Of a stretch of 24,856 bases of DNA, positions 8,801 to 16,797 are shown one piece after another (the first letter of the stretch is position 1; the number at the start of each line of letters is the position of its first letter). The position numbers and the translations under genes are program-made. The stretch lies in assembly GCA_046483495.1 (NCBI GenBank), contig JAWODC010000091.1:1-24856 (forward strand). The letters run 5' to 3'. Under the pieces are notes generated by a model, which made no database searches, was not told where the DNA came from, and worked only from the letters and a program-made list of their open reading frames with translations. The DNA is from Desulfobacterales bacterium (lineage in GTDB: Bacteria > Desulfobacterota > Desulfobacteria > Desulfobacterales > UBA5616).

Positions 8801-10313
8801 ACTCCAGCCCGACGGCATCTTCGATGGCCGACACGTTCGGACGCTGTCCAATGGCCGGAATGAGCTGGTCGATATCAATGTCGTATTCGCTTCCGGGAAC
8901 GGGAACGGGACGCCTTCTTCCCGAGGAATCCGGCTCGCCGAGCTCCATCTCAATGCACCGCAGGCCGACGACTTTTCCATCCCGGGTCAACACTTCCTGG
9001 GGTGCCGCCAGATAGGTGATTTTGGTTCCCTCGGCTTCGGCGGCGAGGATTTCCTCTTCCCAGGCCGGCATTTCCGCCCGGGTTCGCCGATAGATGATCG
9101 TGACCTCTTCAGCCCCCAGTCGAACCGCGGATCGAGCCACGTCGATGGCGACGTTTCCCCCTCCGATAATGGCGATTTTCCGGCCGACCGGCGCCTTTCC
9201 GGTCAGATTCAATTCCCTTAAAAAGTCAACCCCCTGCAGTACGCCTTCGGATTTCTCACCGGGAATACCCAGAGTGATGCCGCTGTGCGCCCCCATGGCG
9301 AGGTAAACGGCTTTGCAGCCCTGCTCGAACAGGTCGTCGATCGTCAAATCCGGACCCAGAGGTGTATTGGTTTTGATGTCAACGCCAAGATTGGTTACAA
9401 TTTCAACTTCTTTATCCAGAACCTCCCTTGGCAGACGATGGTCGGGGATGCCGACCCGCAGCATTCCCCCGGCTTCGGGCAATGCTTCATATATCGTGGA
9501 TTTAATCCCGGCTTTGGCCAAATGGTAGGCGGCTGCCAAGCCCGCCGGACCCGAACCGATAATGGCGACTTTTTCATCTCTATCGGGAAGACACGCGATT
9601 TCGATATCCCGGGGATCGAATTGATCCGCCGCCAGGCGCTTCAAATCCCGAATGGCGACGGGTTCATCGACTTCGCAGCGGCGGCAGGCGTCTTCGCAGC
9701 CGTGAGGACATATTCTTCCCAAAACCCCCGGCAAAGGCAGATCCTTCATGATGATTTCCAGCGCCTGCCTGTACTTTCCCTGCCCCACCATCTGTACGTA
9801 ACCCTGGACATTCAGACCCGCCGGACAGGCCAGTCTGCACGGGGCCTTGTCCGCTTTCTGAATGGCGAATGCTCCGGGTATGGCCTGAGCATACTTTTTA
9901 TAGCTCGCCTTCCGATCATTCAGGCATTGATCATACTCATTGGGCAGGGATACCGGGCACACCTCGGCACAATCTCCGCAGGACGTGCACTTGGCCGGAT
10001 CGATATAACGGGGCGTTTTTTTGATCCCGACCTTGAAATTTCCTGCAGCACCGTCGATCCGCTGCACTTCCGAACAGGTTATCAAATTGATATTTAAATG
10101 CCGGCCGAACTCGACCAGTTTAGGTGAAATAATTCACATGGCACAGTCATTGGTGGGAAATGTCTTATCCAGCTCACTCATTACGCCGCCGATGGCCGAA
10201 GATTTTTCAACCACGTGAACGTAATATCCGGATTCGGCCAGATCGAGGGCCGCCTGCATGCCTGCGATTCCTCCTCCAACTACCAATACGGAACCATTCA
10301 TCGTTTCAGACAT
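5871..10313 (-). CDS. hdrA: Large multi-domain heterodisulfide reductase subunit A-like flavoprotein (HdrL type: HdrA + inserted GltD/NfnB-like domain + second HdrA module), predicted selenoprotein (Sec60), 1480 aa
   Basis: RBS AAGGAG and ATG 10313: [29 protein letters not shown]...[15 protein letters not shown](10136-10134)[23 protein letters not shown], in frame with the 1404-aa ORF. It contains three FAD-type glycine motifs (GGGIAG, GSGPAG, GGGISG), a GGGNVA NAD(P) motif, two QCxGSR..YCSxVCC motifs and several ferredoxin motifs. Confidence 0.93.
10095..10133 (-). promoter_or_regulatory. Putative bacterial SECIS element for hdrA UGA60
   Basis: After the TGA: ATTATTTCACC-TAAA-CTGGTCG-AGTT-CGGCCGG-CA-TTTA. 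This gives a 7-bp stem with GU pairs, a lower 4-bp stem and a loop G 24 nt after the UGA. Confidence 0.65.
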
Positions 10314-10614
10314 TGAATACTCCTTTTACCGGGCTTTTAATGAATTTAGGTACTAACACGATTTGCAATCATGCTGGGTGGTAAAACTAGGCAATGGGAA
10401 ATTGCGTAAATCCTTTATAAAAGCACCATTTTAAAAATAATCCGAAACGTTTACTTATCGTTACTGAAAGAGATTTGTCAATGACATTTTATTAAGTTTT
10501 TCCCGATTTTCGTATTATTTTCTTGAAATGTGTTTTTGGCATTGATTTGGTTACAAAAAATAAATACAATTCATAAAATTAAACCAAAGCGACCCAACCG
10601 AAAAGGAGGTGTTC

Positions 10615-12114
10615 ATGCCGAAAGATCTCCCGCTTTCCACAATCAACATTGCGATGGTGGGCGGCGACGATTTTTGTAGAGAAGTGCTTGGAAAACTGAC
10701 GCATGAGTACAAAAGAGACGTTAACGCACGCATCGTGGCCTTAGCCCATGAGGAAGCCGAAGCGCCGGGCAGAAGATTCGCCGAAAGCATCGGGATAAAG
10801 ACGTTTGACGATTACCATGACTTGTACGATTCAAAACTCGAAATCGACCTGATCGCGATTCTGAGACCCAGCCAGGAAATTTTAGATGACATTCTGACAA
10901 CCAAGCCGCCCCGTATACGATTGTTGTCCTATCAAACATTCAAGCTGTTCTGGGACGGGATATCCGCGCGAACCAAAGAAATCGAAACCGTATGGAACAG
11001 CATTCAGCAGAATATCCTGGTGATAACCCCGGACAGGACCATCGTGGACGTCAACGATTCGTTTCTAAAACAGATGAATTATGCGCGGGAAGAGGTGATC
11101 GGAAAAAAATGCCACGAGGTTTTTCAGCAAAAAAACCACATATGCTCCAATCAATACTGCCCGCTGAAGGACACCATCGATAGAAAGGCGCCGGGTCATA
11201 ATGTCATTCCCCGCCTGGGCAGCGATGGTGAAATTCGCTACATCGAGGTGACGGTTTATCCCATATGGGAAAAACCGGGGAAAATTTCAAGGTTTGTCGA
11301 AATCAGCAGGGATATCACCGAAAGAAAAAAAGAGGAGGAGCAAATTACCCGCCGTTTGGAAGCCATGGTGGAAGAAAGAACCATCGAACTGAAAAAAACC
11401 CATGAAAAGCTTCTTCACCAGGATAAGATGGCGTCCCTGGGCAAGCTGTCCGCATCGGTCGTCCATGAAATCAACAATCCCGTTGCAGGCATCCTGAATT
11501 TGACGCTTCTGATCAAACGGATTCTTAAAGAGGACGGCTCGGATTTGAAAGAAGTGCCGATGCTGTTCAAATACCTGGACCTGATGGAAACGGAAACCCG
11601 TCGAATCAGTAGAATCGTTTCCAATCTGCTGTCTTTTTCACGGCATACAAAAATGGATTTAACCGAGCTGAATATTAATCAATTGGTCGAGAAAGCCCTG
11701 TTGCTCAATAACAACCTCATGAAGCTCAACCAGATACAGGTCGATCAGCGGCTTGAACCGGGCCTTCCCATGATCTCCGGGTCGGAGGATCAGCTATTAC
11801 AGGTATTTATGAATATCATTTCAAATTCAGCCGAAGCCATGACCACATCGAAAGATCGATGGTTGACCGTAGAAACAAAGTATAATAGAAACTCGAATGA
11901 AATTGAACTCCTGTTTGCCGATACGGGCATCGGCATTCCCAACGGAAACCTGACAAAAATTTATGAGCCGTTTTTCACCACGAAGAAGAAGGGGAAGGGC
12001 GTGGGCCTCGGATTATCCGTTGCCTACGGGATCATAAAGGAGCACAACGGCTCAATCAAAGTGTCATCCACGCTTGGTGAAGGCACTCAGTTCACATTTT
12101 CGCTACCCGTGTAA
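10615..12114 (+). CDS. Soluble NtrB-type sensor histidine kinase with N-terminal Rossmann-like domain and PAS domain
   Basis: H-box SVVHEINNP, N-box QVFMNIISNS, G1 DTGIGI, F-box YEPFFTTK and G2 GVGLGLSVAYGII. PAS segment IVDVNDSF...EEVIGKKCHEVF. No hydrophobic TM stretch. RBS AAGGAGG favours ATG 10615. Confidence 0.92.
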   Translation: MPKDLPLSTINIAMVGGDDFCREVLGKLTHEYKRDVNARIVALAHEEAEAPGRRFAESIGIKTFDDYHDLYDSKLEIDLIAILRPSQEILDDILTTKPPRIRLLSYQTFKLFWDGISARTKEIETVWNSIQQNILVITPDRTIVDVNDSFLKQMNYAREEVIGKKCHEVFQQKNHICSNQYCPLKDTIDRKAPGHNVIPRLGSDGEIRYIEVTVYPIWEKPGKISRFVEISRDITERKKEEEQITRRLEAMVEERTIELKKTHEKLLHQDKMASLGKLSASVVHEINNPVAGILNLTLLIKRILKEDGSDLKEVPMLFKYLDLMETETRRISRIVSNLLSFSRHTKMDLTELNINQLVEKALLLNNNLMKLNQIQVDQRLEPGLPMISGSEDQLLQVFMNIISNSAEAMTTSKDRWLTVETKYNRNSNEIELLFADTGIGIPNGNLTKIYEPFFTTKKKGKGVGLGLSVAYGIIKEHNGSIKVSSTLGEGTQFTFSLPV

Positions 12115-12239
12115 TCAACAAAGGGGATGTTCCACCGGCCGATGTTGGACCGACATCCCCCACATCTGCAAAAAGCGGCTTCCGACGCATGATAAGCATG
12201 CGGGGACTCGAGAACCAAACAGGCAAGATGGAGAACCTC

Positions 12240-13574
12240 ATGAATCTTCCCAACATTCTGATTGTAGACGATGAATTGATCCTGCGGGAATCACTGGCGG
12301 ATTGGCTCTCAAGAGACGGATACAAAACCGATACCGCAGCCAGCGGTGAAGAAGCGCTGAATAAAATAAAAGATACCCGTTATGATGTTATGTTTGTCGA
12401 TATTAAAATGCCGGGAATAAGCGGCCTGGAACTTCTAAAAGAAGTGAAAAGCGAAGATCCTGATGTGGCGGTAGTCATGATCACCGCCTACGGTTCGATT
12501 TCAACCGCCATCGAGGCGATGAAAGACGGCGCCTCCGATTATTTGTTGAAACCATTCGATCCGAGTGAACTGGGCATTCTGGTGGATAAGATAATGGAGC
12601 ACCAGGCCCAGGCACGTGAAAATCTATACTTAAAGGAGCAGTTTGAAGATCGGACCCGTTTCGAGAATATCATCGGGCAGTCCCCGGCAATGCGGCATGT
12701 TTTCGAGTTGATACGGGATATCGCCTCCTCGGATGCAACCGTTCTCATCACCGGTGAAACGGGCACGGGCAAAGGCTTGGCCGCAAAAGCGATTCACACG
12801 TCCAGCCCCCGCTGCATCGGCCCTTTCGTGACGGTAAACTGCGGCGCAATACCGGAGCACTTGATGGAAAGTGAGCTGTTCGGCCATCAGGCGGGTGCAT
12901 TCACGGATGCAAAAACGACCAAGAAAGGCCGATTGGAATTGGCCCACGGCGGCACGTTGTTTCTCGATGAAATCGGTGAAATTTCAATGCGGATGCAAAT
13001 CGATCTGCTGCGGGTGCTCGAAGACCGGGTGTTTTATCGGGTCGGGGGTACCCAGCCTCTGGACATGGATTTCAGGGTAATCGCAGCCACGAACCGGAAC
13101 TTGAAAGAAGCGATAAAAAAAGGGGATTTCAGGGAGGATTTATTCTACCGCCTCAACGTGATCAGCTTTGAAATGCCGCCGCTTAAAAACAGAAAGGAGG
13201 ACATCCCCCTGCTTGCCGATCATTTCCTGCATCGCTACTGCCAGGAGACTAAAAAGCAGATAGACGGCATTCACCGCGAGGCCATCGATGAAATGATGCT
13301 CTATGATTGGCCCGGGAACGTACGCGAACTGGAAAATGCCATCGAAAGGGCCGTGGTCATCGGAAAAGGACGGCGCATAAAGGCGGAGGACCTTCCGATA
13401 CTGGGCACGGAATCCGCCAAACCACAAAACGGCACACTCAAAGAAATGGAAAAAAACTTTATCGAACAGACCCTGAGGACCCACAACTGGAATATAACGA
13501 AGTGCTCGCAAGTCCTGGATATCGACCGTTCGACGCTCTACAGCAAGATCAAGCGCTACGGAATCCGGCAATAG
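12240..13574 (+). CDS. Sigma54-dependent response regulator (NtrC/AtoC family: REC-AAA+-Fis HTH)
   Basis: REC motifs ILIVDDE, DIKMPG and KPF. Walker A GETGTGK, ESELFGH..GAFTDA, Walker [29 protein letters not shown] and a C-terminal HTH (IDRSTLYSK). GGAG precedes ATG 12240. Confidence 0.93.
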   Translation: MNLPNILIVDDELILRESLADWLSRDGYKTDTAASGEEALNKIKDTRYDVMFVDIKMPGISGLELLKEVKSEDPDVAVVMITAYGSISTAIEAMKDGASDYLLKPFDPSELGILVDKIMEHQAQARENLYLKEQFEDRTRFENIIGQSPAMRHVFELIRDIASSDATVLITGETGTGKGLAAKAIHTSSPRCIGPFVTVNCGAIPEHLMESELFGHQAGAFTDAKTTKKGRLELAHGGTLFLDEIGEISMRMQIDLLRVLEDRVFYRVGGTQPLDMDFRVIAATNRNLKEAIKKGDFREDLFYRLNVISFEMPPLKNRKEDIPLLADHFLHRYCQETKKQIDGIHREAIDEMMLYDWPGNVRELENAIERAVVIGKGRRIKAEDLPILGTESAKPQNGTLKEMEKNFIEQTLRTHNWNITKCSQVLDIDRSTLYSKIKRYGIRQ

Positions 13575-13633
13575 ATGCTGCCCATCCAGAATTTTTTCAT
13601 CTTCGGATGGACCTTAGACAGGGAACGTTTGCC

Positions 13634-14194
13634 GTGAAAAAAATCCTCATCTCACCCATAGGAGAATTTGATTCGAATTTGTTGAAAGAAGTCGGCAGCG
13701 CACTTTATCGGATATTCGGGTATGGTTATCGTATAGAACCTTTGATATCCGATCTTTCCTTTGCCTTCAATAAAAGCCGTGACCAGTACCATTCGACTCA
13801 GATTTTGAAACGGCTTGCCTCGATGGCGCCCGACGGATGCCTCAAAATACTGGCCTTGACACGCGTTGATTTATTCATCCCCATTTTAACCTATGTTTTT
13901 GGAGAGGCGCAATTGAATGGAAAGGCTTGCATCGTTTCCACGTCGCGGTTAAATGAGGACAATCTGACCGTCGAACCGGAAAAGGTCTTCAAAACCAGGG
14001 TCGTCAAGGAGTCGCTTCACGAAATCGGCCATACATTCAATCTCACGCATTGCCGAAACACCGATTGCATCATGAACTTCTGTCGAAGCGTCAAGGAGGT
14101 GGACGCCAGAAAAGACGTTCTCTGCCGATACTGCAAGGTTCTTTTGGAAGATCAGAAAAAGCGTCTGGATTCCGCGGCCGCCCCCCAAAGCTGA
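13634..14194 (+). CDS. Archaemetzincin-family (M54) Zn-dependent metalloprotease
   Basis: DLFIPILTYVFGEA, IVST.RL, KESLHEIGHTFNLTHC....CIM and LCRYC match the HExxHxxxxxHC-x4-CxM..CxxC pattern. GTG 13634 is the preferred start. The upstream part of ORF 13307 overlaps the regulator and is likely spurious. Confidence 0.88.
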   Translation: MKKILISPIGEFDSNLLKEVGSALYRIFGYGYRIEPLISDLSFAFNKSRDQYHSTQILKRLASMAPDGCLKILALTRVDLFIPILTYVFGEAQLNGKACIVSTSRLNEDNLTVEPEKVFKTRVVKESLHEIGHTFNLTHCRNTDCIMNFCRSVKEVDARKDVLCRYCKVLLEDQKKRLDSAAAPQS

Positions 14195-14244
14195 ATCTTC
14201 ATGCCCGGGTGTCCGGCATCCGTTCCCAAAGATCCGGCTGGGCA

Positions 14245-15177
14245 CTAACTTCGGAGAAAGGCCTTCGTCAACCGCTCCCAACCGATTTCGGGTACACAGC
14301 CAAAAATATCCGATGCCAGTTCCCCGCCGTCCGCGGCCAAAGGGCCGGAATATTCTTCGATCAGTCCGATGATCTTTTCGACCTCGTGTGAAACGAATTT
14401 TTTGGCCTGTTCACCGATGACCATATTTTTCAAATCCTTGCGAAGATTCTTCGGGTGAACTCTCATCACCCAACCATCGGCATAGGGTGATTGCGCCGCC
14501 AGGCGCGGCTGCCTCAACAGTTCGACATTTACGCTGGTTACGACACCGGATATGGGGGAACGGACATTCGCTTTGCAGGTGCCGCGCTTGAGCCGAATAT
14601 CGGGGCGATTCCGCTTTACGACCTGCCCGATGAGCGGCGCTTCGATTTTATCCAAAGGTCCGAGAACCCGGGTGATAAAATCATCGAACCCGATACGGAC
14701 TTCACCCTCCTCTTCGATTTTCAGCCATGTATGGCCTTCGTGCAAATAAAATCCCTGCGGCATTTTAATCCCCTTGATGTTCATGACATCTACAGGCTGC
14801 GCAACCGTATGCACCGTAAACTCATCGGTAAAGAACTGGTCAAATTCGCAGGATGCACATTGATAATCGTCGAAGCACGGCCGGAAATTGATTCGCTGCT
14901 TCATTGAATGAATGCAAGGGCGGCTGAAGGGGGATGACGTTCTCTGCATAATATTGTCTTTCCAGTACACGATATTGCCCCGCTTTCCCGAGGGCGGCAC
15001 CCCTTCTTTTTGTCGATTCCGGTTTTCCCAGGCCAGGTTGAAAAGGATCTTGTCATAGCGGCAGCTTGGACAATCGTATTCCGTACGACAATATTTTTTC
15101 TTGACGACCCCGCTCTGCATCCAAATGCACGGATAATTTTTTACATAATCGTTTTTGCTGATGCGGTTGATTTGCAT
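14245..15177 (-). CDS. GcvH-fold protein with two N-terminal Cys4 motifs, lacking the lipoyl-lysine motif (paralog 2)
   Basis: H-protein-like segments YLHEGHTWLKIE...VRIGFDDF, SPISGVVTSVN and SPYADGWVMRV. Two Cx12Cx5Cx2C motifs. RBS AAGGA precedes ATG 15177 (alternative start 15213). Confidence 0.82.
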   Translation of the reverse strand: MQINRISKNDYVKNYPCIWMQSGVVKKKYCRTEYDCPSCRYDKILFNLAWENRNRQKEGVPPSGKRGNIVYWKDNIMQRTSSPFSRPCIHSMKQRINFRPCFDDYQCASCEFDQFFTDEFTVHTVAQPVDVMNIKGIKMPQGFYLHEGHTWLKIEEEGEVRIGFDDFITRVLGPLDKIEAPLIGQVVKRNRPDIRLKRGTCKANVRSPISGVVTSVNVELLRQPRLAAQSPYADGWVMRVHPKNLRKDLKNMVIGEQAKKFVSHEVEKIIGLIEEYSGPLAADGGELASDIFGCVPEIGWERLTKAFLRS

Positions 15178-15216
15178 ATCGCCATCCTTTGCGTCTGTAT
15201 ATGAAACCGGCATACT

Positions 15217-16215
15217 TCAGGTTTTCAAGAAGGTTCTTGTCAAGTTTTCCCAGCCGACTTCCGGAACATTGCCGTAAACGTCACCCCCCAAGAAGCCGCC
15301 ATCCGCTGCCAGCGGACCTGCGGCCGCTTCGATCATGGTCTCCAAGGTCTCCACCTCCCGGTTTATCCAGCTGAAGCATGATGAATCCACCATGAGTCCG
15401 CCGACGGATTTTTTTATATCCGGTGTGTGAACCAAAAAAAGCCAGCCGCCCCCATAGGGATCATCATTGGCCTGTTCGGGGTTTTCTCTGATGGCGGCAT
15501 TTGTTTCGAGAATAACGCCCCCAACCGGCGCCAGAACATCGGCGAGCTTGTTCTTGCGCTTCAGACCCCATCCCGGCTTACCGGGATTGAGTTCATGCCC
15601 CATTAAAGGGAGGTCGAGCGCATCGGCTTTTCCAAGGATTTTCAGCGCAAAATCGTCGAGACCGACCCTGAGTGTTCCGCCGCTCTCTATTTTCGCCCAC
15701 GCGTGTCCCTCGTGGAAATAGTAATCCTCAGGCACCCTGAAACCTTTTATTTGCTGTACGTTGTGGGGTTTGCCCGTAATTTTGGGCGTCAATATGTCTT
15801 CAAACAATTGATCGAAATCACAGGTTCGGCAGTGATAGTCATAGGCGCAGACACGATGTCCGATACGGTTGGTCAAACTGTGGCGGCAAAGTCTTTCAAG
15901 TCCCGGCTTTTTGGCCATGGCTTCCTGCCAACTGATTCGTTTGCCCCTTTGGACCTGCAAAGCCATGCCCTGGTCGTATTTGCAGGTCGTGCAATCATAG
16001 TAATTGTTGCAGTTTTTAAATTCCACCACCCCGGCTTGCATCCAAATGCAGGGATTCTGGGAGGTCGCTCCTTTATCGGGGGTGATTTTCCAAACCTGTC
16101 CACCGAGCACGGAATCGATTTCACGCTTTTGCGAAGGTTCTTGTCCAGGCGATTCCTTTCGATAGGTGGACCCGTAACCTAATCGACTTCTCCTTTTTTT
16201 TTCGAGGTCTTCCAT
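15217..16215 (-). CDS. GcvH-fold protein with two N-terminal Cys4 motifs, lacking the lipoyl-lysine motif (paralog 1)
   Basis: YYFHEGHAWAKIE...RVGLDDF, APVGGVILETN and NDDPYGGGWLF segments. Two Cx12Cx5Cx2C motifs. RBS AAGGAGG precedes ATG 16215 (MEDLEK). Confidence 0.82.
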   Translation of the reverse strand: MEDLEKKRRSRLGYGSTYRKESPGQEPSQKREIDSVLGGQVWKITPDKGATSQNPCIWMQAGVVEFKNCNNYYDCTTCKYDQGMALQVQRGKRISWQEAMAKKPGLERLCRHSLTNRIGHRVCAYDYHCRTCDFDQLFEDILTPKITGKPHNVQQIKGFRVPEDYYFHEGHAWAKIESGGTLRVGLDDFALKILGKADALDLPLMGHELNPGKPGWGLKRKNKLADVLAPVGGVILETNAAIRENPEQANDDPYGGGWLFLVHTPDIKKSVGGLMVDSSCFSWINREVETLETMIEAAAGPLAADGGFLGGDVYGNVPEVGWENLTRTFLKT

Positions 16216-16323
16216 GATGTTGCCTCCTTCAGGTTGGTGTTCATCAAGAAGCGGCATTTCCCGGTCCGGATCGGCATTTTCGCCTTTTGGATGAACACGC
16301 GTTAATTAATTTTTCGGAAACCG

Positions 16324-16347
16324 ATCTTGAGCAACATCTTGAGCAAC
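16324..16347. repeat. Perfect 12-bp tandem duplication ATCTTGAGCAAC x2
   Basis: 16324-16335 and 16336-16347 are identical. One copy overlaps the sigma54 -12 element. Confidence 0.9.
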
Positions 16348-16358
16348 TTATATGCCAG
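16342..16358 (-). promoter_or_regulatory. Sigma54 (-24/-12) promoter for the GcvH-like gene pair
   Basis: Minus strand CTGGCATATAAGTTGCT = TGGCA-N6-TTGCT with exact GG-N10-GC spacing, ~125 bp upstream of the ATG at 16215. Confidence 0.85.
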
Positions 16359-16382
16359 GTCTGCACAATCCAATTGTCAATT

Positions 16383-16395
16383 AATCAAGTAACTA
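16383..16395 (+). promoter_or_regulatory. Possible IHF binding site upstream of the sigma54 promoter
   Basis: AATCAAGTAACTA is one mismatch from WATCAANNNNTTR and lies ~25-37 bp upstream of the -24 box, where IHF sites usually fall. Confidence 0.45.
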
Positions 16396-16797
16396 TAATC
16401 TATGGAAATATAATACGTGGAGAACGCTGGTGCTTTTTATGGCAATCCATTGACGCACATCATGGAAAAAGATTTGTGGGATTTCACGACACCGGCCGGC
16501 ATTTAAACGATGTTATGGACATTTTCAGTATTTCCCATTTCAAACCCGATCGGCGTTTCAAAATTACGGCTTGCATGAAATTACATTAAATTAGCGGGTT
16601 ACATGACTATTCGGTCTGAAAGCACCGAGCGGGGGATAATGAACGCCGAACTTGTTGGATTTTTCAACAGCACTGTTGGAAAAAACCGCATTACAAGCAA
16701 CCGGCAGTCGGTGGAGTCCATGGTGTCCATCCGGAAATATGGACGAAGCCGGCGATCTTTGTTACGATATCGAAGCATTCATTCTTTAAGGAAGCGT

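Noticed and set aside
7998..10097. Long plus-strand ORFs (407 aa at 7998-9221, 270 aa at 9285-10097) and similar ORFs at 6666-7502, 4635-5330 and 2435-3073
   Set aside because: They are antisense shadows of well-supported hdrA/flx genes and show no recognisable motifs.
10314..10608. Sigma54 promoter for hdrL or the kinase (e.g. TGGCATTGATTTGGT near 10538; CCAGCATGATTGC on the minus strand)
   Set aside because: Neither candidate satisfies GG-N10-GC. Direct sigma54 control of the hdr-flx operon by the adjacent regulator is therefore not supported by the sequence.
13307..13633. N-terminal extension of the archaemetzincin ORF
   Set aside because: It overlaps the response regulator in another frame, and family-like sequence begins only at about VKKILISPIG.
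14245..16215. Calling these genes gcvH or lbpA
   Set aside because: They are over twice the size of H proteins, lack the lipoyl-Lys motif, and no gcvPT, lipoate ligase or sHdr genes are nearby.
16603..16797. 65-aa N-terminal extension of miaA, and the 100-aa ORF at 16287-16589
   Set aside because: MiaA normally begins just before the P-loop and an RBS precedes ATG 16798. The small ORF covers promoter DNA and has no motifs.
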